The notes beneath the pieces were generated by a model. The model was not told the DNA's origin and did not search any database. It worked only from the letters and a program-made list of their open reading frames with translations. 64,000 bases of DNA from an uncultured Pseudomonadales bacterium. GTDB taxonomy: Bacteria; Patescibacteriota; Microgenomatia; UBA1400; Chazhemtobacteraceae. Where the stretch lies: NCBI GenBank assembly GCA_964422035.1, contig CAYQZQ010000001.1, positions 121,013-185,012 on the forward strand, written 5' to 3'. Made by a program: the position numbers and the translations under genes. Position 1 is the first letter of the stretch; each line of letters opens with the position of its first letter. This document shows positions 39,468 to 50,020 of the stretch, one piece after another.

Positions 39468-40085
39468 TTATCGAGGAATTGAAAGTATCCAGCCTGGTTC
39501 GATAAGTCCAGGGTTTGGTCCAATAAGTTCTATGTTGGTTTGGTAGATCTGTGTCCATTGGTAGCCGTCGCCGTATGCTCTGACAGAGATTTCCCAAAGA
39601 TTATCACCTTCTTTCACGGTGTACTCGTCTCTTTCTATGCTTGGGCTATCCATTTCATGATCAGTTTTATCCATGGCAACAGTAGGTTGCATGACTTCGG
39701 ATTTAGGAATGATTAACTCTTGTCCTACGGCAAGTTGACTGGGGTTATTTAGGTTGTTTGCTTTGGCAATATCTACCCAGTTGTATCCTGAGTTGTAGTA
39801 ATCTTCAGCAATTTTCCAGAGATGATCACCTTCTTTTACTTCGTAAGTTGTTGGTAGGCCTTGAGGTATTTTTTTGCCTTCTTCTTCAACAATTTTTGGT
39901 TGGCCGGGAACAGGAGTTGTTTTTTCTTGAGCAGCTTGGTCAGTAATTTGTCCCCTATCTATAGACTTAAAATAATTAAATACAAGTAATCCGATAACAA
40001 CGACTACAATTCCTCCTAAAATCGTGCTGATTGTATTCTCGTTTAGTTTGATTTTTTTGAGGAGGTTTTTGATTTTTTGTTGCAT
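39468..40085 (-). CDS. membrane-anchored protein with two LysM peptidoglycan-binding domains
   Basis: N-terminal TM helix. Two repeats of Y.VK.GD.LW.IA...G..W..I...N. Confidence 0.8.
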   Translation of the reverse strand: MQQKIKNLLKKIKLNENTISTILGGIVVVVIGLLVFNYFKSIDRGQITDQAAQEKTTPVPGQPKIVEEEGKKIPQGLPTTYEVKEGDHLWKIAEDYYNSGYNWVDIAKANNLNNPSQLAVGQELIIPKSEVMQPTVAMDKTDHEMDSPSIERDEYTVKEGDNLWEISVRAYGDGYQWTQIYQTNIELIGPNPGLIEPGWILSIPR

Positions 40086-40231
40086 TTTAAGACCTAATTA
40101 ATATTTTTATAGAACTTCTTACACGCATCCTATACATAATGTTATCGCGAGTCAAGTATGAGTTTGTGATAAACAAAAAAAGCGCTCAACGAGGATGATA
40201 ATAATACTTATCGAACGCTTAAATATGGGGT

Positions 40232-40282
40232 GGGGCTGACGGGATTCGAACTCGCGGCCTTCTCCGTGACAGGGAGACACTC
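40232..40282 (-). repeat. 51-bp partial copy (2 mismatches) of the 3' two-thirds of tRNA-Asp; att-like direct repeat
   Basis: ggggctgacggga(t)tcgaac(t)cgcggccttctccgtgacagggagacactc matches 42233-42283 in the same orientation, then diverges. Confidence 0.8.
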
Positions 40283-42231
40283 AATATTTATGTGAGTGTT
40301 TAGCCAGTATTTTTTTTATTCAGTTTTAATTGAATCTTCAATCTTTTTAATCTCTTCTGAAGAAAAACCAAAGTTATCTTTTAACCCCCTTTTTATATTT
40401 TCTATCCACTCCTCTTTACTGCTATCCACTGCTTTTTGAAGTGTTTCTCTAGAGAATCTTTTAATCATCTCTAGCTTTTCATTAGCAGAGACACCGAAAG
40501 AATCAGCTAAGCTGTCAAACTCTCTTCTTATACCCTCATTCGGAGTTGATAGTATTACAGCTTTAATGTAACCATATGTTGGCACATTAATGAACTTAGC
40601 AAGGAGTGAAACAATATCTAGATTTCTAGAAACTTCAGATTGTGGAATCATATGAAATAACTTAACTGCCTTTTCTAGGTTTTCTAGTGCAGTCTCGTGA
40701 TACTTAAGATAAATTTTCTCAGCCTCTTCTGTCTTGTTTCGTTTTTCTATTTCAGACTTGAGTAAAGTCGTTATTTCTTTCATTTTTTCAAATTCTTCAT
40801 TATCTGGGGCAATTAATTCAGCGTCCAGCCTTAGGAAATAAGACTCTAGAGCCTGATCTAAGACGTTTATAATATTCTCATCAGTAATAGACCTTTCTAT
40901 CATTGAAACATCTCCACTATAAAAATATCTTTCACTAAACTCATTTTCATCTGTCCATCTCAATTCTTCTAATTTTAGAACCGAGGACTCTTTAAGTCTT
41001 TGTATAATTTTGTCCGATGTTTTCTTTCTTCCTATTCTTCCACCCCTTCTTTCTTTACCAAGGAAATTAATCAACAAATCAGATCCTGTGACAATATCAT
41101 CAAATTGTCTTTTTCTTTTTGAGGCAAACTCTTTACTATTTTTTTTCTCTAACTCTGACTGTTTTTTGGGATAAGAGAACTCGATAGGAACAGACTTGAC
41201 CTTCTTATCAAGACTTAGGGCAACATATATCGGAAAATAAACAGCATTAGAGTATGCTTCTGGCTTTACTTTACCCCAGAAAGGACTATCTTCAGGTATC
41301 TCAAATGTCTCTCCAAAAAGACTTTTTAATTCAGAAGTATTTTTAATAGCTCTCGTTCCACCAAACAAGTCTAGTACTGAATCTCTTTTTTTTCGTAAAC
41401 CAGCCTCAACAAGCATGCGGTGTATTTTAAGGTTGGCTTTTCTTTCTGAAACCGCTTGGAATTTTGGGTAACCACGAAAGTCATTGTACTGATCTCCCAA
41501 CTCCTTAACTCTAATACCCCTGTCTGGAATAACGATATCAGCTTTGCCTTCACTTATCGGTTGAGTGATATTGAAAATCTCATCCACCAATTGAGTTTTT
41601 TCTATTTCTACCTGAATGAGAGAGCCTTTTTTTCCAATGGATCTGAGATATTCACTACTAGAAATGATGTCCGTGATATTTTTAATAGACTCAATTCTAG
41701 CTTGACTGTAACCTCTCTTTTTTTGATCTAAAAGCCATATTAATCCGGGCATTTTGTCTCTTTTTTCACGACTTTCTTTTCTTGTTTCTAAGAGATTGAC
41801 AGAATCTTCAACTGTGCCCGGTTGTCTTATCGTAATCTCATCAGAAAACCTTCGAGGGTTTATCTCACCGACCATTTGAGTGAAGAGAGGAGAACTACCA
41901 CCATCAACAACGGAAATATTAATTCCCTTCTTATTTAATCTCTCAATAGACTCTAATGCCAAGCTACCCCTAACACTATCAGAAACTTCTTTATTCTTGG
42001 GGTCAAATTCAGGAAAATATGTGGTAGCGATAACCATAACCGACTGTTCAGGTTTAAGTTTTTCGTTTTCTCCATTTTTTTCTGCTTCTTGATCCTCTCG
42101 TATTAAAAGTTCATATCTTTTACTAAGATTTTTGTGATAATTTTCAATATTTTGATTTTGGACTCTTTTCTCTTCCATAACTACACACATTATATATTTT
42201 TATATCAGGAAGCATTTCAGGCAGACATGTG
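40283..42231 (-). mobile_element. candidate integrated islet (about 1.95 kb) in the 3' end of tRNA-Asp, carrying a single cargo gene and no integrase
   Basis: Bounded by the intact tRNA-Asp (42232-42306) and its 51-bp direct-repeat fragment (40232-40282). Confidence 0.45.
40316..42190 (-). CDS. hypothetical 624-aa protein; N-terminal region weakly GT-A glycosyltransferase-like, C-terminal helical region of unknown function
   Basis: VMVIATTYFPEF...INISVVDGGSS resembles the VxVVxPxxNEE...VVDDGSTD pattern of GT2/GT81 enzymes. No canonical DxD is obvious. The rest is K/E-rich helical sequence. Confidence 0.55.
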   Translation of the reverse strand: MCVVMEEKRVQNQNIENYHKNLSKRYELLIREDQEAEKNGENEKLKPEQSVMVIATTYFPEFDPKNKEVSDSVRGSLALESIERLNKKGINISVVDGGSSPLFTQMVGEINPRRFSDEITIRQPGTVEDSVNLLETRKESREKRDKMPGLIWLLDQKKRGYSQARIESIKNITDIISSSEYLRSIGKKGSLIQVEIEKTQLVDEIFNITQPISEGKADIVIPDRGIRVKELGDQYNDFRGYPKFQAVSERKANLKIHRMLVEAGLRKKRDSVLDLFGGTRAIKNTSELKSLFGETFEIPEDSPFWGKVKPEAYSNAVYFPIYVALSLDKKVKSVPIEFSYPKKQSELEKKNSKEFASKRKRQFDDIVTGSDLLINFLGKERRGGRIGRKKTSDKIIQRLKESSVLKLEELRWTDENEFSERYFYSGDVSMIERSITDENIINVLDQALESYFLRLDAELIAPDNEEFEKMKEITTLLKSEIEKRNKTEEAEKIYLKYHETALENLEKAVKLFHMIPQSEVSRNLDIVSLLAKFINVPTYGYIKAVILSTPNEGIRREFDSLADSFGVSANEKLEMIKRFSRETLQKAVDSSKEEWIENIKRGLKDNFGFSSEEIKKIEDSIKTE

Positions 42232-42306
42232 CGGGGCTGACGGGACTCGAACCCGCGGCCTTCTCCGTGACAGGGAGACACTCTAAACCAACTGAGCTAC
42301 AGCCCC
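42232..42306 (-). tRNA. tRNA-Asp (anticodon GTC)
   Basis: GGGGCTG/CAGCCCC acceptor stem, anticodon loop CTGTCAC, GGTTCGAGTCC T-arm. Confidence 0.9.
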
Positions 42307-42372
42307 AAGGTCTTCTAATTTTACCAGATTTTGCCTTGAGCTTGAAGGGGGTGAGTATTATATAGTTAGAGT

Positions 42373-44148
42373 ATGGATACAAATAAACATATGACCAACC
42401 AAGATATAGCTCATTTGTTGAGGTCTATGGCGGCTGTTTATGAGGTTAAAGATGAAGATTTTTTCAGAGCTCGAGCTTATGAGAATGCGGCAGCTAGTAT
42501 AGAAAAAGCTGCTTCTGATCTTAGAGCCATATGGCAAGAAGGTAATTTGCAGGAGTTGTCTGGAATAGGTTCAAGTATTGAGAACCATTTGGATGAGTTG
42601 TTTAAAACTGGGAAGGTTAAACATTTTCAAGATGAGACAAAAGACGTGCCGCAAGGCATGTTTGAGCTATTGAAGATAGATGGAGTGGGCCCAAAGTCTG
42701 CATATAAACTTGCTAGTGAGTTTGGAATTGAAGATGAGGGTAAAGCTGTTGATAAGTTGAAAGAAGCTGCTGAGAATAATCAAGTTGCCAAACTAGAAGG
42801 TTTTGGAGAAGATTCTCAGGAGAAAATTTTGGACTCAATAAAAAAGCAGATTAAGATTAAAGATAGATTGCTTTTGCCTCAGGCAATGAATTTAGCTGAA
42901 GAAGTAATTGAATATATTAAGCAAAGCCATGATGTAGTTGAAGTTGAGGTATTGGGTAGTTTGAGGCGTAGGGCCTCAACCGTGGGAGATATTGATGTTG
43001 CAGTGGCTACAGAAAGAGCTGAGAAAGTTATGGATTATGTGCTTAAGTTTGAGGGTATAAAAAAGGTATTATCTTCAGGTTCTAAAACCACCATGTTTAT
43101 CCACAAATCTGGCAGGCAGATAGATATTAAGACTCAAGAACCGGACAAGTGGGGCTCTATGCTGCAGCACTATACGGGTAGTAAGAATCACAATATTCAT
43201 CTTAGGACGATTGCTAAGGAAAATGGGCTTTCTTTATCTGAGCATGGAATTAAAAGGGGTGAGAAATTGACTAAGTATGATAATGAAAAGGATTTTTATA
43301 AGGCTTTAGGCATGAATTATATTCCTGCTGAGTTACGTGAAGACAGAGGAGAGATTGAAGCAGCTTTGAAAGGAAACCTGCCTAAACTAGTTCAAATTGA
43401 TGATATCAAAGGAGATTTACAAGTTCACTCGAATTATGATTTGAAGAGCAGTCATGATGTAGGCAGTAGTTCTTTAGTTGATCTTTTGAAAAAAGCTGGT
43501 GAGTTGGGATATGAGTATTTGGGGATTACTGATCACAACCCAAAGCAGTCGGGATTGAGCAAAAGTGAGAGAAAAGAGATTTTACAGGCTAGGAATAAGC
43601 ATTTTGATGAAGAATATAGTTCGTATGAAAACTCAGTGAAAAAAACCAGTGTCAAATTGCTTAAAGGACTTGAGGTTGATATTAAGCCTGACGGAGAGTT
43701 AGCTTTAGAAGATGAAAACTTAGAACTTCTGGATTATGTAGTTGCTTCGGTTCACTCCAGTTTTAGGCAGGACAAAAAGGAAGCGACAAAAAGGGTACTA
43801 AATGGGCTATCTCATCCTAAAATTAAGATATTTGCACACCCTACTGGGCGGATGTTGGGTAAGCGAGAAGGGTTAGATTACGACTGGAATGAGATATTTG
43901 AGCATTGTCTGAAAAATAAAATATGGATTGAAGTAAATGCGTCTCCTAAAAGACTTGATTTGGCAGATAGTTTAATTGGAGATGCGATAGAAAAAGGAGT
44001 CAAAATTGTTATTAATACAGATGCCCATGATAGTAGCGGGTTGGAGTTTATGAAGTATGGTGTGTGGACAGCCAGAAGAGGTTGGGCTGAAAGAAAAAAT
44101 GTTATTAATACTATTGGATGGAAAGAATTAAAAAAATTAATATATTAG
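42373..44148 (+). CDS. polX: DNA polymerase X family protein with C-terminal PHP phosphoesterase domain
   Basis: Pol beta-like N-terminus with helix-hairpin-helix. Catalytic GSLRRRASTVGDIDV. PHP motifs HSNYDL and ITDHN. Confidence 0.85.
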   Translation: MDTNKHMTNQDIAHLLRSMAAVYEVKDEDFFRARAYENAAASIEKAASDLRAIWQEGNLQELSGIGSSIENHLDELFKTGKVKHFQDETKDVPQGMFELLKIDGVGPKSAYKLASEFGIEDEGKAVDKLKEAAENNQVAKLEGFGEDSQEKILDSIKKQIKIKDRLLLPQAMNLAEEVIEYIKQSHDVVEVEVLGSLRRRASTVGDIDVAVATERAEKVMDYVLKFEGIKKVLSSGSKTTMFIHKSGRQIDIKTQEPDKWGSMLQHYTGSKNHNIHLRTIAKENGLSLSEHGIKRGEKLTKYDNEKDFYKALGMNYIPAELREDRGEIEAALKGNLPKLVQIDDIKGDLQVHSNYDLKSSHDVGSSSLVDLLKKAGELGYEYLGITDHNPKQSGLSKSERKEILQARNKHFDEEYSSYENSVKKTSVKLLKGLEVDIKPDGELALEDENLELLDYVVASVHSSFRQDKKEATKRVLNGLSHPKIKIFAHPTGRMLGKREGLDYDWNEIFEHCLKNKIWIEVNASPKRLDLADSLIGDAIEKGVKIVINTDAHDSSGLEFMKYGVWTARRGWAERKNVINTIGWKELKKLIY

Positions 44149-44185
44149 TGATACAATAAATATAGTTATAAATTGGATTGTTTAC

Positions 44186-44773
44186 ATGAATATATTTTTA
44201 GTTTTAGGAATTTTTGTTGTACTTGCTGTTGTTTACTTAATTAGTACTTATAACAAATTTGCGACACTAAAAACCCAGATTGAAGCCAGCATTCAAGATA
44301 TTGGCAATCAATTAAAAAGACAGGCGAGTATGATCCCCAATTTGGAGTCAGCAACTAAGGGTTATTTAGATCAAGAGAAAGAGATTTTTAGCAAGCTAAC
44401 TGAAGCAAGAAAGGCCGTTGAAGGTGCTCAAAAAAGTGGAGCTCTTGGAGATATTGACAAAGCAGAAAGTAAGCTAACTGAGCTACTACCAAAGATTCAG
44501 GTGATTATGGAAGATAATCCTGAGATTAAGTCTGACAAAGTCGTGCAGAAGCTTATGTCTGAGTTGAGAGATACGGCTGACAAATTAATGTATGCGCGTA
44601 GAACCTTGATTGATCTTTCTCAAGACTTTAATCAGATGCTGGTTGTCTTTCCTTCCAGTATCGTTGGTAACGTATTTGGTATGAAGAAAAAAGAAGGTCT
44701 TAAAACAGCAAGTGAAGGTTCTCATGTTGAAGTAAGTGAAGAAGAGACTAAGGATGTAAAGATAGATCTGTAA
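44186..44773 (+). CDS. lemA: LemA-family membrane protein
   Basis: N-terminal TM helix followed by YNKFATLKTQIEAS...QRQ.MIPNL LemA signature. Confidence 0.85.
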   Translation: MNIFLVLGIFVVLAVVYLISTYNKFATLKTQIEASIQDIGNQLKRQASMIPNLESATKGYLDQEKEIFSKLTEARKAVEGAQKSGALGDIDKAESKLTELLPKIQVIMEDNPEIKSDKVVQKLMSELRDTADKLMYARRTLIDLSQDFNQMLVVFPSSIVGNVFGMKKKEGLKTASEGSHVEVSEEETKDVKIDL

Positions 44774-44777
44774 ATTA

Positions 44778-45677
44778 ATGAAAAACATTTACGAACAGGA
44801 GTCAGCAAATAAGCGGAAGAGTTTTTTGATTATGAGTTTGTTTGTGCTGTTTGTGGTTGGAGTTGTCTATGTGTTTTCATTTGTTAGCAACTCAGGTTTG
44901 AGCATGGTTGGAGTAGCTTTGGTGTTTTCAGGACTACTTTCACTGGGTAGTTATTATTACTCTGACAAGATCATTTTGAGTTTGTCTAATGCAAGAAAGG
45001 CAGATAAAGATAGAGATTATGATTATTTTACGGTGGCTGAGAATCTGGCTATGGTTGCTAATACTTCTGTCCCTGATCTATATGTGATTGAGGATTGTGC
45101 AATGAATGCTTTTGCGACCGGTAGAGATCCTGAACATGCAGTAGTGGTAGCTACAACAGGTTTGTTATCTAGACTGAACAGAACTGAACTTGAGGGTGTG
45201 GTTGCCCATGAATTAAGCCATGTTGTGAATTATGACACCAGATTGATGAGTATTGTGACAGTTTTAGTAGGACTGATAGCGCTACTTGCTGATTGGTTTT
45301 TGAGGTTTAGCATGTTTGGGGGTAGAAAGTCGGATGAAGATCGAGGGCAGGTGGGGGCGATAATGTTGGTTTTGGGGTTGTTGTTAGCTTTACTGTCTCC
45401 TTTGATTGCAAACTTAATAAAGTTGGCAATTTCCAGAAGAAGAGAGTTTTTGGCTGATGCAGGCGCTGCAAAAATGACCAGGTATCCTGAAGGATTGGCT
45501 TCTGCTCTGGAAAAAATAGCTGAAGATAATGAGCCATTGGAGGTGGCAAATAAAGCTACAGCTCACCTTTATATAAGTAATCCTCTTAAGAATCGCAAAG
45601 GAGCTGTGGGCTGGTTATCTAAGATGTTTAATACTCACCCCCCTGTTGAGGAGCGGATCAAAGCCTTGAGAAGTTAG
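44778..45677 (+). CDS. htpX: M48 zinc metalloprotease HtpX
   Basis: HELSHV HExxH motif between TM helices. C-terminal NTHPP. Confidence 0.85.
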   Translation: MKNIYEQESANKRKSFLIMSLFVLFVVGVVYVFSFVSNSGLSMVGVALVFSGLLSLGSYYYSDKIILSLSNARKADKDRDYDYFTVAENLAMVANTSVPDLYVIEDCAMNAFATGRDPEHAVVVATTGLLSRLNRTELEGVVAHELSHVVNYDTRLMSIVTVLVGLIALLADWFLRFSMFGGRKSDEDRGQVGAIMLVLGLLLALLSPLIANLIKLAISRRREFLADAGAAKMTRYPEGLASALEKIAEDNEPLEVANKATAHLYISNPLKNRKGAVGWLSKMFNTHPPVEERIKALRS

Positions 45678-45724
45678 TTAGCAGACACTTGACAAGACTG
45701 CTAAGTAACGAGATAATTTTATGC

Positions 45725-48310
45725 ATGGATCCTAATAAATTTACAAAGGCTACACAAAACAGTTTAAACAAAGCAGTAGGCATAGTGGTGGAAAATAAAA
45801 ATGTCAGCTTATCTAGCTTGCATTTGCTGTTGGCTTTACTATTGGACAGCTCTTCTGTGCCGGTTAGGGTGTTGGAAAAGCTTGAGGTTGAGACTTCCCT
45901 ATTGATTGAGCTGGTTGAAAAAAAGATAGATCAACTTGTGACCGGAGATGTCGACTTAGATCAGATCCGCCCTGATTCGGATTTAATTAAAGTTTTTGGC
46001 AAAGCTCGAAAAATTACGGAAGACAAGGGAGATAGATATATCAGTCAGGAAAATGTATTTTTAGCCTTATTTTTGGTTGAAAACGAAGCTTCAGAAATTT
46101 TAAAGGATTATGTGTCTGAAAGTGATCTTAAAGAAGTTATAAAGAGTGTGCGAGGAGGAGAAAAAGTGACTGACAAGAATGCTGAGAACAAGTATCGGGT
46201 GATAGAAAAATTTACACGTAATCTCACTGATGAGGCGAGAAACAACAACCTAGATCCAGTTATTGGTAGAAATAATGAGATCAGGCGCTTAATGCAGGTT
46301 TTGAGTAGAAGAAAGAAAAACAATCCGGTTTTAATTGGTGAGCCTGGTGTTGGTAAGACAGCATTAGTTGAAGGTTTGGCGCAGCGTGTTGCAGATGGAG
46401 ATGTGCCTGACACACTAAATGACAAAGAAGTTATTGGGCTTGATATGGCTACAATACTGGCAGGGGCAAAGTTTAGAGGTGAGTTTGAGGAAAGATTAAA
46501 AGCGATTATTAATGAAGTGGAAAAAGCGGCGGGGAAATACATAATGTTTATTGATGAGTTGCATACTCTGGTGGGGGCAGGAGACGCACAGGGAGCTGTA
46601 GATGCAGCTAATATTTTAAAACCGGCGTTGGCTAAGGGGACTTTGAATATGATTGGGGCAACTACAATTGATGAGTACAGAAAGCATATTGAAAAAGATG
46701 CAGCGCTTGAGAGGAGGTTTCAACCAGTATATGTAGGAGAGCCATCTGTTGAGGATACTGTTGCGATATTGCGAGGGTTGAAGGAAAGATATGAGTTGCA
46801 CCATGGATTGAGGATAAGTGATGATGCCTTGATCGCTGCAGCTAGATTGTCTGTAAGGTACATTACTGAGAGATTTTTGCCTGACAAAGCTATTGATTTA
46901 ATTGATGAGGCAGCTTCAGCTCTTAAGATCGAGATGGAATCAATGCCTGAAGAGCTAGATACTTTGAAACGCAAGATTACACAGCTGGAGATTGAAAAGC
47001 AGGGATTGAAAAAGGAAAAAAGTGAGTCAGCTAAGGCTAAAAAGAAAAAGTTAACCAAAGAGATTGAGGACAAAAAAGAGAAAGCTAAAAAACTGGGGTC
47101 TCAATGGAAAAAACAGAAAGATATATTGAAGGATATTACCAAGCTGCAGAGCAAGATTGAAGAGAAGAGAGCAGAGCTGGAAAAGGCAGAACGCGAAGTA
47201 GATTTAGAAAAAGCGGCTGAGATTAAATATGGTGAGCTGCCCAGATTGGAAGAAGAGCTAAAGAATCAGCAAAAGAAATGGAAGGGTATTGATGTTGAAG
47301 ATAGAGTGTTGCGCCAAAAGGTTAGTGAAGAAGACGTGGCTGAGGTAGTATCGAGGTGGACAGGTATTCCGGTAACAAGACTAGTTAAATCTGAACAAAA
47401 GAGATTGTTGGAACTTGAAGACCAGCTCAGAAGACGAGTTGTAGGACAAGATGAGGCCTTGGAGGCAGTAGCTAATGCTATTCGAAGAAACCGTGCTGGT
47501 ATTGGCGAGAAAGATAGACCAATTGCAAGCTTTTTGTTTATGGGGCCAACCGGTGTGGGAAAGACAGAAACAGCGCGTGCTTTAGCTGAGTTTATGTTTG
47601 ATGATGAAGCTGCAATGGTGAGAATTGACATGAGTGAGTATACAGAGAGACATAGTGTGGCTCGATTGATTGGATCACCTCCCGGATATGTAGGTCACGA
47701 AGAAGGCGGGCAACTGACTGAGGCAGTGAGAAGGCGTCCTTATAGTGTGATATTGTTTGATGAGATTGAGAAGGCCCATGACCAGGTGTTTAACTTGTTT
47801 TTACAGATATTTGAAGATGGTCGACTTACCGACGGGCAAGGAAGAACAGTTGATTTTACTAATACAGTTTTAATTATGACAAGCAATATTGCCGGGAAAG
47901 AGATAATGAATTTGGCAGAAAAAGATAGTGACAAGTTAAATGTTGTTGTTTGGGAAAAAGTTCAGTCTATTTTTAGACCAGAGTTTATCAACAGGATCGA
48001 CAAGATGATTGTATATGAGCCCTTAAGTGAAGATGATTTAACTAAGATTGTAGATATCCAACTAGAAAGACTGAAGGATAGATTAGAGAATCAAGATATA
48101 AAGATAGTGGTTGATAAAAAGGTAAAAGAATATCTGGCTGAAAAAGGCTATGACCCTGCTTTTGGGGCTCGACCATTGAAACGAGTTATTCAAAATGAGA
48201 TTGAAGATAAGCTGGCTTTGGGAATAATTGAAGGTAGATTTAAGCCCAAGTCAAAAGTTAAAGCTTGGCTTAGTGATGAGGAGATCAAACTTAAGGCTGC
48301 TAAGAAGTGA
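45725..48310 (+). CDS. clpB: ATP-dependent chaperone ClpB
   Basis: Two AAA+ modules (GEPGVGKTA and GPTGVGKTE) separated by a long coiled-coil M-domain. Start assigned to the internal Met preceding DPNKFT. Confidence 0.9.
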   Translation: MDPNKFTKATQNSLNKAVGIVVENKNVSLSSLHLLLALLLDSSSVPVRVLEKLEVETSLLIELVEKKIDQLVTGDVDLDQIRPDSDLIKVFGKARKITEDKGDRYISQENVFLALFLVENEASEILKDYVSESDLKEVIKSVRGGEKVTDKNAENKYRVIEKFTRNLTDEARNNNLDPVIGRNNEIRRLMQVLSRRKKNNPVLIGEPGVGKTALVEGLAQRVADGDVPDTLNDKEVIGLDMATILAGAKFRGEFEERLKAIINEVEKAAGKYIMFIDELHTLVGAGDAQGAVDAANILKPALAKGTLNMIGATTIDEYRKHIEKDAALERRFQPVYVGEPSVEDTVAILRGLKERYELHHGLRISDDALIAAARLSVRYITERFLPDKAIDLIDEAASALKIEMESMPEELDTLKRKITQLEIEKQGLKKEKSESAKAKKKKLTKEIEDKKEKAKKLGSQWKKQKDILKDITKLQSKIEEKRAELEKAEREVDLEKAAEIKYGELPRLEEELKNQQKKWKGIDVEDRVLRQKVSEEDVAEVVSRWTGIPVTRLVKSEQKRLLELEDQLRRRVVGQDEALEAVANAIRRNRAGIGEKDRPIASFLFMGPTGVGKTETARALAEFMFDDEAAMVRIDMSEYTERHSVARLIGSPPGYVGHEEGGQLTEAVRRRPYSVILFDEIEKAHDQVFNLFLQIFEDGRLTDGQGRTVDFTNTVLIMTSNIAGKEIMNLAEKDSDKLNVVVWEKVQSIFRPEFINRIDKMIVYEPLSEDDLTKIVDIQLERLKDRLENQDIKIVVDKKVKEYLAEKGYDPAFGARPLKRVIQNEIEDKLALGIIEGRFKPKSKVKAWLSDEEIKLKAAKK

Positions 48311-48324
48311 TAAAATAAGCGGTA

Positions 48325-48639
48325 ATGGAAGAAAAACAATTATCAGTGGAGCAAATAAGGCATTTAGCAAAGCTGTCCCAGTTGAAGATCGATACTGATG
48401 AGATATCAATATATGCTAATCAGTTAAGTGAAGTATTAGACTATGTTGCCAGTTTACAAAAACTGGAACTGGATGATGTTGAAGAAACCAGCCAAGTAAC
48501 TGGTCTGGAAAATGTATTTGTTGATGATAAGACTGGTAAATGCTTGAGTAGGTCTAAAGCCTTAAGTCAGACACCTGACATGCATAATGGGTATGTAAAG
48601 GTTAAAGCAATTTTTAAAAAGGAGAATGAAGATGAGTAA
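48325..48639 (+). CDS. gatC: Asp/Glu-tRNA amidotransferase subunit C
   Basis: IRHLAKLSQLKI...YVASLQKLELDDVEETSQV. Confidence 0.85.
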   Translation: MEEKQLSVEQIRHLAKLSQLKIDTDEISIYANQLSEVLDYVASLQKLELDDVEETSQVTGLENVFVDDKTGKCLSRSKALSQTPDMHNGYVKVKAIFKKENEDE

Positions 48640-50020
48640 GATTGATCTGATTCACAATAAGATACGAAAAGGCGCTAGTATTAGATCGATTGTTGAGGAG
48701 TATCTTGCTAAGATAGAAGAGCAAAATGAAAACTTGAATGTATTTTTGACTGTTTCTGATAAAAGAGCTTTGGAACAGGCCGATTTGTGGGATGAGATGT
48801 GGAAAAAAGAAGGTGAGAAGTTATTTGATGAAAAGCCTCTTTTGGGAGTACCGGTTGCCTTGAAGGATTTGTTCTTAAGTGAAGGAATTCAAACTACGGC
48901 TGGTTCAAAAGTGTTGGAGAGTTATATACCTCCCTACTCTGCAACGGTTGTAGATAAACTTGAACAGGCTGGGGCGATCGTTGTCGGTAAAGTTAATATG
49001 GATGCTTGGGCTCATGGTGCAAGTGGTGAAAATTCAGATTTTGGGGCTACCAAAAACCCAGTTAGTTCCAAGTATTCTCCAGGAGGAAGCTCTTCTGGAT
49101 CTGCTGCGGCTGTAGCCGCGGAAATGAGTCCAGTGGTTACTGGGACTGATACAGGAGGATCGGTTAGATTGCCGGCTAATTTTTGTGGTGTAGTAGGGCT
49201 TAAGCCTACTTATGGTCGAGTTAGTAGGTATGGAGTTATTGCTATGGCCAGTTCGCTTGACAGTATTGGGCATTTGACAACAAATGTGAAAGATGCTGCC
49301 AAGATTTTGTCAGTTACTTCTGGGAAAGACAAAAAAGATGCCAATACAGCAAACTCCAAGCCTTTTAGTATGGAAAGCTTGAAGAGTGAGATTGAGGGCA
49401 AAGTTGTAGGAATACCTAAAGAGTATTTTGAACCAATTAAAAACAGTGAAGTCAAAGATAATTTCACAATGGTTAAAGAAAAACTTGAAATGATTGGACT
49501 GAAAACTAAAGAAATCAGTTTACCTCATACAAAGCAGGGAATATCCGTTTACTATATTTTAATGCCGGCAGAGGTAAGTTCTAATTTAGCCAGATTCGAT
49601 GGTATCAGATTCGGGAAAGACAGAAAACACATGGCTCCAGAAGGTAAAAGGAGAATTATGATGGGGGCTTATACATTATCAGCTGGATATTATGATGCAT
49701 ATTACAAAACTGCTTTGAAAGTAAGAACGTTAATCAAAGAGGACTTTGATAAAGTTTTTAAAGATGTTGATTTGATTTTGGCGCCTGTGTCCCCCACTCC
49801 TCCATTTAAATTAGGTGAAAAAACAAAAGATCCTTTAGCAATGTATCTATCTGATGTGTTGACGGTACCTTCCAGTTTGGCGGGACTGCCTGCATTGGCG
49901 ATTCCAAGCGGGAAGACAAAAGATGGCTTGCCTTTAGGTGTTCAGTTGATTGGTAAATCTTATATGGAGGAAGAAATTTTCCCGGTGGCTTATAAATTGG
50001 AAAAAAGTCTTAATGAATAA
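48626..50020 (+). CDS. gatA: Asp/Glu-tRNA amidotransferase subunit A
   Basis: Amidase signature GGSSSGSAAAVAA and Ser-cisSer-Lys triad context. Confidence 0.9.
   Translation: MKMSKIDLIHNKIRKGASIRSIVEEYLAKIEEQNENLNVFLTVSDKRALEQADLWDEMWKKEGEKLFDEKPLLGVPVALKDLFLSEGIQTTAGSKVLESYIPPYSATVVDKLEQAGAIVVGKVNMDAWAHGASGENSDFGATKNPVSSKYSPGGSSSGSAAAVAAEMSPVVTGTDTGGSVRLPANFCGVVGLKPTYGRVSRYGVIAMASSLDSIGHLTTNVKDAAKILSVTSGKDKKDANTANSKPFSMESLKSEIEGKVVGIPKEYFEPIKNSEVKDNFTMVKEKLEMIGLKTKEISLPHTKQGISVYYILMPAEVSSNLARFDGIRFGKDRKHMAPEGKRRIMMGAYTLSAGYYDAYYKTALKVRTLIKEDFDKVFKDVDLILAPVSPTPPFKLGEKTKDPLAMYLSDVLTVPSSLAGLPALAIPSGKTKDGLPLGVQLIGKSYMEEEIFPVAYKLEKSLNE

Noticed and set aside
39083-39597. ORFs 39083-39523(-), 39168-39350(-) and 39400-39597(-) overlapping the RNHCP gene and tRNA-Thr
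   Set aside because: They overlap a clear tRNA and a motif-bearing CDS on the other strand; low-complexity translations.
42200-42382. ORF 42200-42382(-) of 60 aa
   Set aside because: It is simply a translation across the tRNA-Asp gene.
46108-47934. Multiple Ser/Ala/Leu-rich antisense ORFs within clpB
   Set aside because: Artefact frames opposite the GAA/AAG-rich coiled-coil coding region.
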